Of a stretch of DNA of 64,000 nucleotides, positions 49,609 through 62,518 are shown one piece after another. Origin of the DNA: Lepidodermella squamata (lineage: Eukaryota > Animalia > Gastrotricha). Both the position numbers and the translations under genes were made by a program. Numbering within the stretch: the first letter of the stretch is position 1; every line of letters begins with the position of its first letter. Under the pieces are notes generated by a model that worked only from the letters and a program-made list of their open reading frames with translations, did not search any database and was not told the DNA's origin. The DNA is taken from positions 2,418,001 through 2,482,000 of the forward strand of contig JBLDXI010000054.1 in the NCBI GenBank assembly GCA_047495785.1, in the 5' to 3' direction.

Positions 49609-50231
49609 ATGGCAGACTTGGACGATGTAAAGGTCGACGTTTCTGATAAAGAGAAACTTGTGGAGAAGGAAGTCGAATTCATCCCGCCTAAAGCCGAGCT
49701 GAACTCCCCACCGCCAGCTTATCACACTTTGACCGAGGAGCAGCCTCAAGAACGTGGACTCGGTGTTTTGAGCAGATTCGCAGTTCTTCTATCAGTTTTT
49801 TCGTTGATTTTTGGCTGCCCGCTTCTGTCTCTTTTCGGTATTCTCATCCTACTGAGAAGCTACAGATCACGTCGAGCTCAAAACTCGAATTCTACTGGGC
49901 AGGGTTTAGCTGATCGATGCGTCCTAGCCATCGTTTTCTCAGCTATTTCATTCACGATTGCTGCCATGGGACTCTGCGGCGGTCTATTGGCTCTCCACGG
50001 CCTCGATTACCCTGGTAATTAATCGGAATTTATCATCTGATTTCGATTCAATTTAGTTACTTAGGTCAATGCTTCAACGCTAATAGATGGGGCTGGCATT
50101 ACCATTATTTCCACGGCCATCATGGTGATCATCACGAGCATAATTTCTACCACGGTCGCCATGATTTCCGACCAGGCATGCCGACGCATGGGCGTTTCCA
50201 CATGTTCGAAAACGAGCTGTTCCATAATTGA
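49609..50231 (+). CDS. Small two-TM protein with a PPxY motif and His-rich tail; exons 49609-50014, 50065-50231
   Basis: PPPAYHTL, two hydrophobic segments; cctg|gtaatt..ttag|gt splicing adds ..WHYHYFHGHHGDHHEHNFYHGRH.. Confidence 0.7.
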
Positions 50232-50509
50232 ATCCGGCATTGAAAACATTCTATTCTAATCATCTTGTTCTTTCAAGCTGTGATTTTCAGGTTTCAAATA
50301 TCGTATTGTGAAAGTCTCAAACTTGAAATAAACCGTCAACTTTTACTGCAAGGTGAACAGAAGTTGGGGTAAAACTCTGAGCTAAATGTGACCGCAGAAA
50401 TTTCTGGACTGATAACAGAAAACTAGCAACTTGGACCTGGCGTTATCTTATCAACTCAACCTCAGAAATGAAGCCCAACTTGACAATCTGACTATGCAAT
50501 TAAAAAAAT

Positions 50510-52103
50510 ATGAGTGGTGTGTATTTGTGTATTTCAGCTATCTTACTGATTTCTGCTGGAAGCATCTATTGCCAGCAGAGCAGTCTATGGCCACGTCCGA
50601 ATGACTTGATAGGATTTTGGCCCATGGATTGGGTCAATAAGCTGCAAGACGTTGGACCTAATGCAATGCATGGTAGTCGAGCTTTCGGCGTCAACCAAAA
50701 CAACAACAAAACCAGGCCCATTTGGTAGCTATGGCACTAGCTACTCTCCCGGCTGTAGTTCGTGCTACATCTTCTGCCAGGACAAGCAACGCCCAAATGT
50801 TCGGAGTTCCTTCACCATCTCGTTCTACTTTTACGCTGGGCATAACGCAGCGTCCAGTGGCGGACTTTTCATGTTCAAAGACCTGTTCGGTACCACGAAA
50901 AAGTCACTTCAGATGCGTTACACTCCTAAAACGACCAAGTTGGAAATCGAGGCGAATAATGTGACCATTGGCCAATACGATTTGATTCGTAATGTCGGTG
51001 GATGGACTTACGTTGCGCTGAGCTACGACGGAAATACAAAAGAGCTGTCGATTTACAATCAGCATGGGCTAGTCTACAGCGCCGGGTTCCAGCCTCACGT
51101 CTACATCGCTAATTCAGTCGACAACACGGCTGGATTTTGCGTTGGTCATTCGACAATCTTCGGAATGCTGCAGAACGACGATGCTGTTTCATGCTTGATG
51201 ATGTACTCTACAAACTTGAACGCGGCAGAGATCAGTGAGGCTCATGAAGCTTGCCGCTTGATTCACGGAAGTGCTCCTAGTGGATCGCCGAGAATCCCAG
51301 TGGACCCGTTCCCATCTGAAACCGCGACAATACCTCGGCATGGGCAGTTTCCTTACGTTGCTTCGTTGAGGTTTAACAAAGCCCATGTTTGCACGGCTAC
51401 GATTGTTGACCCTTATTGGGTACTGACCAGCGCGAAATGCTTCAAGAACAATGATTTTTCAAAATACGATGTAATAGCCGGGGAGTATGATCTTAAAGTT
51501 ACTGATAAATACGAGGAGCAAATTGGAGTGAAAAACGCTGTAACAGACCCATCTGGTCAAGTTACAATGGTTGAGTTAGCCAATTCGATTGATATGTCCA
51601 GCGATTATGTTCATACTACCGCTTTGTCTGGTGATAGCCTCAAGGATGACCGTGCGATTTTCGTCGGTTGGGGCGAGAATGGGCGGCCGGGTGATTCATC
51701 CAAGACTCTTCAACGTTACGTCTATGGCACTCAGGTTGATTCAAAGAAATGTGGAATTTCTGGGGATGGCTATTTATGTTTTGAAACAAGTCCTTCCGTT
51801 CCCTGTGGTGAGGGAGATATGGGCGGTCCAATGCTGATTCCTAGTGTCTTAAACCAGAATAGTGCCAATAATTTGGTACAACACGGCTTGTTGCTTGAAG
51901 CAAAGGACTGTTCAAATCATGCTGCTTTTGTTAACCTGGCTAAATTTTCTAATTTCATCCACGATACAATCGCATGTGTTATTCCCGGTATGCTTTACCC
52001 GAAACAATGTCCCATTGGAACAGGGTTCACTAGTGTTTATTTTCGGTTTAAACCATACCGGTTACAACTGGTATCTATTCGGTGTTTATTTTTCGTTGTA
52101 TAA
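50510..52103 (+). pseudogene. Secreted LamG/concanavalin-like domain + inactive trypsin-like domain; frameshifted and transposon-hit
   Basis: Signal peptide and LIGFWPMD in one frame, PGPFG..FTISFYF..WTYVALSYDG in another (shift at ~50690-50712, in an AAC-rich run); TSAKC and GDMGGP; original stop at 53197-53199 beyond the hAT insertion. Confidence 0.65.
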
Positions 52104-53183
52104 AAACCAGTCATTTACGAGGTTTTTATTAAATTTTCGCTGCATTAGATTTCCCATTTCTTTCAATTGTTCACTTCGGCATTGCAATGCAATTTGCCAG
52201 ATATAGAGTATTTCAAGCATTTTATGTAATTCTTAATTATCTAGAATTTTCACCAAAGAAAATCAATAAATTATTTCAAAAATTTTTCAAATTATTTTGA
52301 AATTTTTTATGAAAATTTTAGAAAATATTAGAATTTGATTACAATTATTAGATAACCAGATATTACGATTCAATTGAGCCTGCTTATTTTGATCGATTTT
52401 CAATTAGTGATTCTACTGAAGTTTGGATCTCTAGCTATTTCTCAGAAGTACAGCAAACAGTTGGGAAAGGTAGTTTAAGAAATTGCGTCAAGAATCGAGC
52501 ATGAAAGCAGTTAAATGAGAGCGTTGTTTACACTAGCTGGTGCTCACGCTGTGCTAAGCCGGCCCCTGGCTCGCATTTCTCTCATCCTAACGTAATTTCT
52601 AAGAAAACTAACAAGCTGCCTAAGCGAGTCTGAATATGCTAAATAATTCGATAGGTCTGTTAATTCTCATGCTGGAATGACTTTTCAACTCGCAAGCATT
52701 TGAAATTACAGCTGCAAGTTTGGGTCCACAACTTCAAAACTATAGTCTTTTGTATATTAGTATGTTATCCCTCTTGTTTACCTCGGGCAAGGCACCATCT
52801 AGAATCTGAACGTTTATTACCTCATCCCTCCGCAGACCAAATAAAAGGAGTCCAGTTTAAAAAAAGGCGTTTCACAATTAGCGTTAAATATACATGTGAA
52901 ATTAAAATTAAAACTGAAATTTTTTCGCCTTTAATTAAAAAAACCAAGAATAATCGGTGAATGCATCCCCAAGGTAGTTTTTTGTGCAGAATTCGAATTT
53001 GAGATCGAAAATGTGATTAGGCGACTGCAAATCAAAGTTGCCAAAGCAAAGCTGTTCGGAGATTAAGCTCTAACAATAAATTGCCATATCTGACCATAGG
53101 ATCGGTTCATACCCGGTTTCTATTGGTAGTTATCGGTACTACCGGTTGTTTCAAATGATAATACCGGTACTTATGGAACCCTG
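52021..53183. mobile_element. Non-autonomous hAT-like element
   Basis: Termini CAGGGTTC...GAACCCTG, 8-bp TSD CATTGGAA (52013-52020, 53184-53191), subterminal ACCGGT-type motifs. Confidence 0.85.
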
Positions 53184-53272
53184 CATTGGAAAAGCCTAAT
53201 TGATACGATATTACATTGCTTGCGACCATAGTACTGATTTTAAAGAAATTGAAAATAAAAAATTAATAAAAA

Positions 53273-53373
53273 GACATAGGGTTAGCGCGGCCAGTTTAGG
53301 ATGGGTAATACCCAACTAACTCTCCCATAGAATAAGTTGTGAAACGAAGTAACTGCACCACAAGGCCCATGCC
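53273..53373 (-). ncRNA. Vault-RNA-like Pol III RNA, copy 1 (101 nt)
   Basis: GGCATGGG..GTGGTGCAGTT-ACTTCG...AACTGGCCGC-GCTAA..CCTATGTC-TTTTT; GATAAAA at about -29. Confidence 0.7.
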
Positions 53374-54138
53374 AAGATCTGTTACTTTTTTGCTATTTTA
53401 TCGTTGCGCTATGCAAATAATATTTCTAGAAGGAATAAAGATAAGGGAAACGCTCATTTGCAGCAGTACGGAGAATACCGAATACATTACGCTGAATCCG
53501 CAAGTCCAAACCCAGGAGAAATAATAAGTAACGACGTGATAATACTCGCGGCCAATGGCATTTATAAGAGAAAAACAACTGCTGAACCATAACAACCGAT
53601 CGACTGCTAAACTGCAATAACGAACAAGTGCGGAGTCACCGAACGATGATGCGATAAAAATAATGAAGACACATTGTAGCTCCGCAGATAAATAAATTCA
53701 GTGTGTCTACTCGGAAGATCCGGGCTACATCTTAGGCCAACTACGTGTTGCTTTGATGGTCGATATGATAGAATAAATGGCGCTTGGCAGCACGCGATTC
53801 TTTCAATTGATTATAGGGTATGATAAAAATCACACCCACCAACCCGACCAACCCCACTATCCACTATCGCGACCGAGCCAGCAACAAGTAGTTGGACTTT
53901 GACACTGTATATCGAGACTAAGATGTATAAGGAAACAATTCCCTACCGCAGTTAATTACTGGGAACTCTTCGAATTGATTAGCGAATTTACAGGTATTTT
54001 CAAGTATTTATTGAGCGGCATTTTGTATATCGTATGTATTTTCCACTCTGGTCCAAAATTTTTTAGTCTTACTTCTTACTTCGGATCTAAAGGAGTGGCT
54101 ATTGCTTATCTCCGAAAAATAAAAATTAAATGGATAAC

Positions 54139-54169
<31 letters not shown>

Positions 54170-54278
54170 GGACGTGAGACTTGCGCGGCCAGTCTATCAT
54201 GAGTGTGTACCCGAAGTATTCAATCAGTTGAATAAACGCGTTGTGAAACGAAGTAACTAAGCCACATGGCACACGTCC
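54170..54278 (-). ncRNA. Vault-RNA-like Pol III RNA, copy 2 (109 nt)
   Basis: GGACGTG..GTGGCTTAGTT-ACTTCG...GACTGGCCGC-GC..CACGTCC-TTTTT. Confidence 0.7.
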
Positions 54279-54712
54279 CGCAGCTGTGTCGATAGTGGGC
54301 TGATAAGGATAGTTGCGATCTGCCTGGAATGCATGTACTAGGTTTATATCAATGTTTGCATTGAATGCTAGTCAAAAGGCATCATATCGTTACCGTTTTA
54401 GAATAACTCGGATTTGAACTTACGTAAGTTCTCAGCTGATAGGCGACTTGTAAATAGTCACGTTGTTACGTAAAAAAACAGAAAAATATACATACTTCTT
54501 TTCATTCATCGTTGTGAAAAAATTCAGAGCTTTAATATTTAAATCGCAAATAAATTTCGTAATGTCAAATGTTGTCTTGCCTGCGATTTGTATTTAATTT
54601 ACCGCAAACTAGATACATCATGGAGATCAGATTAACCCAGGTTAACCCAGGTTAATCTGATCTCTATGCCTTATGCCTAGATATTACGAAAAAATAAAAA
54701 ATAAAAATAAAA

Positions 54713-54806
54713 GACACAGCGAGAGCGCGGTCAGTTTCAGTCAGAATTCCATCATCTTTTAATCTGGATCCATCCGCCGAAGTAACTGAGCCACAGGGCG
54801 CGTGTC
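54713..54806 (-). ncRNA. Vault-RNA-like Pol III RNA, copy 3 (94 nt)
   Basis: GACACGCG..GTGGCTCAGTT-ACTTCG...AACTGACCGC-GCTCT-CGCTGTGTC-TTTT; TATAAAA at -30 (54836-54830). Confidence 0.75.
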
Positions 54807-54957
54807 AAAACGCTAAGCACTGAGCGTCCTTTTATACTGGCAGTAATATCGATCCTCGATAAGTTATTAATATATTGATTAAGCTGTATAGTACCTCTAT
54901 TCACCGTGGTCTCCATCAACTAATAGAACAATTTTTATTCCAAAATGTAAATCTGTA

Positions 54958-56177
54958 TTAGTCTCTGACCATTTCAAGGCCAATAACGACATTTACCGTG
55001 ATAACAATAATTGTCAGCGTTAGGCAAGCACTTGCATCGAGAAGTTTGTGAAATGGCAGTCTGAATCTCACGAAAGAAAGGTCACGTTTCAATTTGGAAG
55101 TCTTTGAATGCGCCAACGCGTTGGTAACTGCGGCGTAAAAGACGAAGATAACTGCACTGAAGCTGTTGAAAGACATGAGGTCTAACAGCAGGACGCGATC
55201 TGGCGTTTTCGGGATACTCCTCATATAGCTGTCTCTTGCAACAGTGAATGACAGCAGCATCAGAGCTGAATATCTATAAAAATAACTAAAATTTGAAAAA
55301 TTACGTTTCAAATTGAATTCTCTTACATTACTCTCTCATCTCGGCCGAACGGAATGAGAAACACTGCGAATTGCGAAGCAGTTAAGGTTAGGAGAGGAAT
55401 TATCAAATTGTGCACGAAGTACCAAGTTCTACGCCTCAACTCCATTCCGAATTTCAGCAGATGGAAATTGGTTTCTGGCGTTTCAGCCAGCGTCAAATTA
55501 GCCCAAGTCTTGTCAATAGACCAACCAGAGTTTCGTTTCGAAGCTAATTGGGTCGACTTCATTGTAGCAAATTTTACGGCTTCTCTAGGTAGCCTGATCA
55601 TAGAATCTGACTGCCAGATCCCAAATTCGAGCCAACAGCTTTGCTTATCGAAGGGAAATTTCCGTAAATGTAGACTGCACTCCGAAACAAAACGACCGGT
55701 ATAGTAATGGCTTATGTTACCCTTGTAAGGTAACACATTCATCGCATGTGAAATGCCCTCGCCAATCATCGAAAAGCCGATGTCGCTGTTTTCATGGGTG
55801 ACAGGAATTCTCCAGAATAGGTCCGTATTAGTGTGGTGTATCCATATCGGCGGAACAGGGCTCTTTAAACTTAGCTTCCTCGTTGTATTAGCTATACATT
55901 CCAGATTAAGGCGGATTATTAAAGAGCCGACAACTGTGAACGTCTGCTCGAAATCGTCGATGTTTTTAAGGTGCTCCAATAGAAATACAACTTGAGCTGG
56001 AGTTGGCTTAGACGGGTCATTTTCGTTGGCAGCTGTAGCTAATGGGGTCAAGAGACAATTAGCAAAAATGCCAAGACGAATATCGCCATCTCGCCCCAAG
56101 CCCTGGCAGTTAATTAGCCGAACACGACATGTCACAATCAAAATCCAAGTCGTTACGAAAAAAGCAAGTCCAGTCAT
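54958..56177 (-). CDS. Divergent Cys-loop ligand-gated ion channel subunit 1 (2 exons)
   Basis: Signal peptide, Cys-loop CSLHLRKFPFDKQSC, LRRR..YF..NLIIP M1, four TM segments. Confidence 0.85.
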
Positions 56178-56821
56178 TGAATCGAGCGGAATAAACTAGT
56201 ATATTGTGCTATTATGATATTGTGGTAATGATGTGTTGAGAGTGTAATAATATCATATAAAGGATTTTGTTGTGTTTATAAACGATGCGGTTTTTTTCGC
56301 GCGTTGTATACTACCTCGCGGCAAGTCTTGCGGTGCGATTCAATTTTTGCCGCGCCCAATGTGTGTGGCCGAGGCAAGAAAAGCGGCTTGTGAGAAAGGC
56401 CTCGCTTTGCGCCAACGAGTTTATTGCCTAACGCGAGTTTTAGTGTTATGCGATCAGCTCCATAAGCAAATAGCTTGGCTATTAGTGAATACTTACCTAC
56501 CCAATTATATAATCATTCGAAGTATTTTAGTGATTATTTATAAAGGCAATTCGATTTTACAATCTAAGTAACAATCCATAATAAATCAATCCATTATAAA
56601 ATCTATAATTTTCAGCTTTATTAAAAAACTTTAAGCAGGGTTTGTACAGCAAAGAATTAACCTGTTGAAGCAAGAGGTGATTTGCTGAAACAGCATACAA
56701 GTTGTTCTGAAGTTGTTGCCATGCTCAACGGCCAGCGTTGACATTTAAAAAAGATGATTCCTCTTGGGAAAAAATAAAATATAAAACGAAAATGTTTCTT
56801 TCGTCCAGCGTTTCGTATTGT

Positions 56822-58079
56822 TTAAGAGCTCAGATTCATCAAGATCAAAGCTCCGAAATTAACGGTAACCAGCCCGATAAAAGTTATCAGCAAGGCGATG
56901 TTATCCATAACTTGCTTGACAAGGCTAACTCGACCGCATATTTTGACTTCGCGCTCCATTCGAACGATCCACGTCTTCCCCTCAGCCAGGCGACAAGTGA
57001 TAGCGGCGTAAAAAGTGACAAAAAGAGCGGAGAGGGTGTCACAGGAAATAACCTGCATGAGCCATAGATTTTCCGAAGTCTTAGGAACATTCGCGATGAC
57101 ATTTGCCTGTTATAAAAATTTTAATATAAAATTACTAAAAAAGGATAGGCAATTGCTTACCTGAGCCACTGAGAACGCAAGCAAGATAGTAATTCCGAAC
57201 GCTGCTCGATCCGAATCTCCGAACGGTAAAAAGAAAACTGCAAGCTGAGCGACAGCGATGATTGCACAAGGCAGAATCAGATTGAAGATGAAATAATTGA
57301 CGCGGCGCTGTAGATTCAGTTCAAATTTGATGGTGTGATATCCAAGGTTATCGTTCAGTCGAAGGTAATCGAATGCAGCATTCATTTTCAAGATATCCCA
57401 ACCAGAATTTGCCGATTGGAGCTGTGGCGGATCCAGCGCGAACATTTTCACACTCTCAACATCAATCATGCGCTTATCTTGCCATATTGCGAACTTGAAC
57501 CTTAAAATGAAAAGTAGGAATAATTTCAAACGCGATTTGCCTCGCATTAACTTACGAGCACTTCTGCTTATCGAAAGGGAAATTAACTAGGGATAAGGCA
57601 CATTCAGATATGAAGAGACCACTCCACGCGTACTGAACGATTCCCTCGAAAGGATAAATAACAAGGCTATTGGCAAAAGCGTTTGAAATGGCGAAATCCG
57701 ACTGGGCGTTAATGTGGGAAATAGGCGGTCGCCAAATTTGATCAAGGCCTGAGAACAAGATCCATGTAGGCGAAAGAGGAGCGAGTTCTGGGTAGGTAGC
57801 GTTGTAGAAGATGCTTCGCTCAGCGATGCATGGCACCGTGAATTGGAGCTGTATAGTTCCGATGGCTGAAACTGTCTGCTCGACGTCATTGATATCCTTA
57901 AATTGCATCAACATGAAATCTACGCTCGTCGCGGATGGAGTGCTTCGGCTTTTCTCATTCGGAGAAGTGGCTAGAGGAGTGAGTTGACAATCCTTGATCA
58001 CATTCATTCGAAGTTCGTCAACGCTCATACTCGTTACGAGATAAAAACAAGCAGGCAAAACCAGTGCCGCCAGAGTCAT
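56822..58079 (-). CDS. Divergent Cys-loop ligand-gated ion channel subunit 2 (3 exons)
   Basis: IWRP, CALSLVNFPFDKQKC, YFIFNLILP, DRAAFGITILLAFSV, PKTS. Confidence 0.9.
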
Positions 58080-59470
58080 TTCGTAATGTAGAGGGGATAA
58101 AACCGAGACAAGGTGATAAGGAGAGATTTTTGCCGGCCTTAAGTATAATTGCGATGTTTTCGTTTGTCGCCGATTTACCGGATATTACACGAATACGTCA
58201 GTGACAAAAGGATTGACGGCAGCAAACGATGACGTTTATTGGCGTCAAACACCAGGTTTGCCACCTGGATTCAACTGCGTAATATCCGTTTTCCGTCCAG
58301 CAGCCGATTTTTGCAATAAATTATAAAATGATAGGTTTTTGGCCGATATCGGAAATCGCACTACGAATAACCTCCCCGATCAGCTTGGAATCAATTCAAG
58401 CGGTATTGCACTGCGCTCGTAAGGCAACATACCAGACATTTTTGCATAGCGATAATCAAAAATGCACCAGCCATCGTTGATTCTACAGACCTAATAGCTT
58501 TTCAATATCATTTTTCGCACATGATTTGTGCCGTATAATACATGGCTAACGGACTTGAATATCACTTTCTAGCTATTGCCAATCGAAAATAGAGCCTTTT
58601 ACTTTTACCATGGGAGTTATTGTATATTTTGCCCCGAAATAGGGTAATAATATTTTGCCATGGTATCAGTGCTCAACTATTTATGTAATTCGTTCCCCCA
58701 CCTTTATCATACGTTTATCGCGCACATCGAACGCCTGATGCCTTTTATTTGGCTCGCCATATGCTCAACCTGCCTCGTCGCTTTTTTCTATTTTCTTCAC
58801 CTATCACCTTTTCCACCCATTATATATATAGATGATTATGGACGGTATTATTCAGCTCGTGGGAGTTCTTCTCTCGGTTATTATTTACTCCATTAGATAA
58901 GGTAACATGTCATTTAAAAATCGATGAGTCATGGCAAATGCGGATATTTCAAGCTTCACTTTGAAGCAAGACAACTGCAGACTATCCGAAAAAGTGCTTT
59001 CATGCTATGCATTTTTTATGTTAGCAATGAAAGCTGAGACTTCTCTCTTGAAATCTGAAGTCAGGTAGTTAGTAATTATGAAATCATTAAAATCTGCACA
59101 GAATAATGCAATTTCGGGGTACATGATCTTTTCAAGGAATAATTACTTGTCTTGTATCACAAAACCAGGTGATGATTCCTTCACAAACATTGAATTTTAC
59201 TGATAACATGGTAACAGATAACATGCATTACTATTTTTAATATTTGATTTACATTTAATTGAGAAAAGACCAATTGAAAGTTCATGTATGAGGTATCGAG
59301 TATAGTCAGCATAACATTTTTTTCAAATTAAATGTTCATATAGCGCGTCCTTTACAAGAGCATCAAGGTTCGATTTAAGCGGAAATTCCCGTACTAGACG
59401 ACAAATAAATCCATGATTCAAAGTTGTGAGTTAAGATATCGAAAATATTCGAGCGAACAGGTATTCATCC

Positions 59471-60712
59471 CTAGTTTGACATCATCAAAATCAGCGCGCC
59501 GAAATTTAAAACCAAAAAGGAAATGAATGTAAGCCAGAAGAAAACGCAGTCAATTACTTGCTTTACAAGCCACACTTTTCCGCAAATTTTCACCTCTTGC
59601 TCCATTCGAATGCTGGAAAGCTTTCGGTCCATAATCTTGCATGTGACTGCCGAGTAGAAAGTAACACAAAGTGCTGAAATCGTGTCTGCAGATATGACTA
59701 GCATGAGCCATAGGTTTTCCGATGTTTTAGGTACATTCGCAATCACATTGGCCTATAGGAAAATTCGGGGAAATTAATTCAAATAATTTGCGGATGATTA
59801 TTAACCTGGGCGACAGAAAAGGCCAGCAAAATTGTAATGCCAAACCCTGCTCTATCTGGGGCCCCAAATGGGATGAAAAAGGTCGCGAGCTGAGCGACAG
59901 CAAGAACAGCACTTGGTAGAATGAGATTGAAGATGAAATAGTTGATTCTCCTCTCAAGGAAAAGCTCAAATTTGACTGTGTGGTAACCAAAACCGTCAAA
60001 CTGAAAATAATCGAACGTTGCATTTTTCCGCAGGATGTTCCAGCCTGAATTTGGCGATTGAAGTCGGCCAGGATCCATTACCGAAAATGATACGCTCTGA
60101 ATATCAATCATATGATTGTTTTGCCAAATGGCGAATTCAAACCTGAAATTAAAAGCTGGGAAAAGCTCATAGAAAATAGTGTACTGATTACCAGCAAGTT
60201 TGCTTATCGAATGGGAAATTAACCAACTTTAGAGCACATTCAGATATAAAAAGACCACCCCACTGGTATTGAATCATACCGTAGAATGGGAATATGACCA
60301 TGTTGTATGAAAAAGAATTCGAAATTGCAAAGTCTGCCTGAGCATTGGCGTGCGAAATAGGCGGTCGCCATATTTGATCAAGGCCGGAAAATATGATCCA
60401 ATACGGTGCATAAGGAGCGAGTTCGGCGTCCGTTGAGTTATAGAAGACGCTTCGCTCGGCTACGCATGGTACGGTGAAAAACAGCTGAAGCGAGGCGAGG
60501 GTTGAAACTGTCTGCTCGACGTCATCGATGTCTTTGAACTGCATCAATGCAAATTCAACCTTGGTTGGTGCCGGCTTGCTTCTGTCCTTCTCGTTGGGTG
60601 AAGATGCTAATGGTGTGAGTTGGCAATCATTGATTATTTTCGTTCGCAGCTCGTCAATAGTCGATGCGTACGTCTGGCTAGCGACGAATAAAGCGAGAAG
60701 AATAAGCATCAT
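59471..60712 (-). CDS. Divergent Cys-loop ligand-gated ion channel subunit 3 (3 exons)
   Basis: CALKLVNFPFDKQTC, PDRAGFGITILLAFSV; same introns as subunit 2. Confidence 0.9.
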
Positions 60713-62329
60713 GACTCGAAATAAGCCGAATGAATTAAAATCTGCGATTCGCTTTTCATTATATCGCATCGAAATATTTTGACTGACATTCCCATAGTTT
60801 TCATATCCGTAATGGAAAATTTTTAGCGGATATTGAATTAATAAAACCAATCAACAGGCAATAGTAGGCATCAACATTTCGCAACCAGCTCTGATATGAC
60901 AGCTTGCCCAACGCTTCTAGAAAATTCGAGTAAAATTTTCATGGAGTCAAGAAAAGTATGAATCAGCATTGCTCTATGTGACATCTGAAACTGAACCCTA
61001 AAACTGACGTCTAAAAGGCAGGCGCTTATGTTCTTTCCTTGCTGCACGACTGTTTTCCCAGCTTGAGCTAGCCTAAATAAATGGTCTGAATAAATGGTCA
61101 GCGCAACCCTTCAGGTAAAGCCAATTGGCAAACCAGGGATTGGGATCCTGATCCTCCCTGCGGTCGGAGAAGGAGCGCCAGGTGAAAGCCTGAAATTGAA
61201 ACTTAAATATTACATACAAGAATATTCTTTTTTGGAGCTGTAGTCATTATGGATAGAGTGAACATCATGACACATGACATGATGTGCTTCTAAGCTCTTT
61301 GCATTAGTTGTCGCTTGTCGCTTGTCGCTCTAGCAGATTGGTAACGATGACTGTGTTGAAATCTTGTAACTCCTAACACTTCTACTGCCAAATCAAGCGG
61401 TCTGAGCTCCAGAATGTTGATCCAAATTTTGGATCCGGGTTCTCTGTTTGAATTATATCCAAATTAAAATTCAGCTAACCCTGACTTTGATTCCTTGTTC
61501 AGCAGCTATTAGACTAAAATGACAACCAAATCGAGGAAAGCTTTACTCAGAAAATGTACTTCTCTTGGGCTTTCATAGCCACCATGACGCTGAAAGTAAA
61601 TATATAATGATAGGCTACACGTGATATTGCTGGCACGAGCACTGGCTAATGATAGAAGCTAACGTTTAAAATAATATGGAGTGTCAAGAATTGGGGCAAG
61701 GAACATGGGGATCCTCTCACAAATATCAAGTCAAAATTATGGATCAAGACTTGACGCCAACTTTTCAATCCTGCTTGATTCAACTCTTTTTCATAGACTT
61801 CCGACCAAACTCGCCAGGGAGGTGTCCCCGGCACTACCCTCTACCCTGGCATCCCCTGATATTTCCCTGGCATCCGAATCTCGGAAAGCCTTATCGCAGC
61901 CTAACTTGGAGGTTGGCCATTTTGCATTTTGACGACAAGGCCAAAAATAAAAAACTCGTCGACTTTGGAATAGCCTATATCTGAGGCAAAGTAGGCGTTG
62001 GAGAAAGGGCTGAGGCTAGAAATCCCAACGAGTTTCCTCGGAAATAGGGTCATTTGAAAGCCTTAATTTGGCATTACTTGGCGATAAAAGTAACTGTTTC
62101 AATTCTTTTCCCACGAAACGAAATGTATTTCGTGTATTTTATTATCCTTTCATTCACTTTTAACTCACACAAAATCAGGGGAAATTAGTCCTTAACAAAC
62201 AGTACTTATATTTTGATAATAACTTTATGCAATAGCATTAAATGAATAAGACAGAAAAGTTCCGCAGACAGCTTCGATCCCATGACAGTTCATGTATGAG
62301 GTATCAAGTAAAGTCAGTATAGTCAGGAG

Positions 62330-62366
62330 AGTATAGTATAGTATAGTATAGTATAGTCAGTATAGT
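62330..62366. repeat. (AGTAT)n microsatellite
   Basis: agtatagtatagtatagtatagtatagtcagtatag. Confidence 0.8.
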
Positions 62367-62518
62367 AAAGATTTTTATAATTAAATATTATATATTGATA
62401 GCGCATCTTTGTCAAGTCTTTGTTTGCAGAAGTTCGCGTTAAAAAATAAACAATGCCTTGAAATTCCTCAACTCAAAGTTACTTCCTCAGATCGAAAAAT
62501 TCGAGCGACGGAGTATCC

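Noticed and set aside
53273-54806. Hammerhead ribozyme, tRNA or tRNA-SINE interpretation of the three repeats
   Set aside because: No CUGAnGA core, cloverleaf, box B or TSDs; conservation follows a panhandle structure instead.
61000-62050. Short ORFs between channel subunits 3 and 4
   Set aside because: No recognisable domain, splice structure or element termini.
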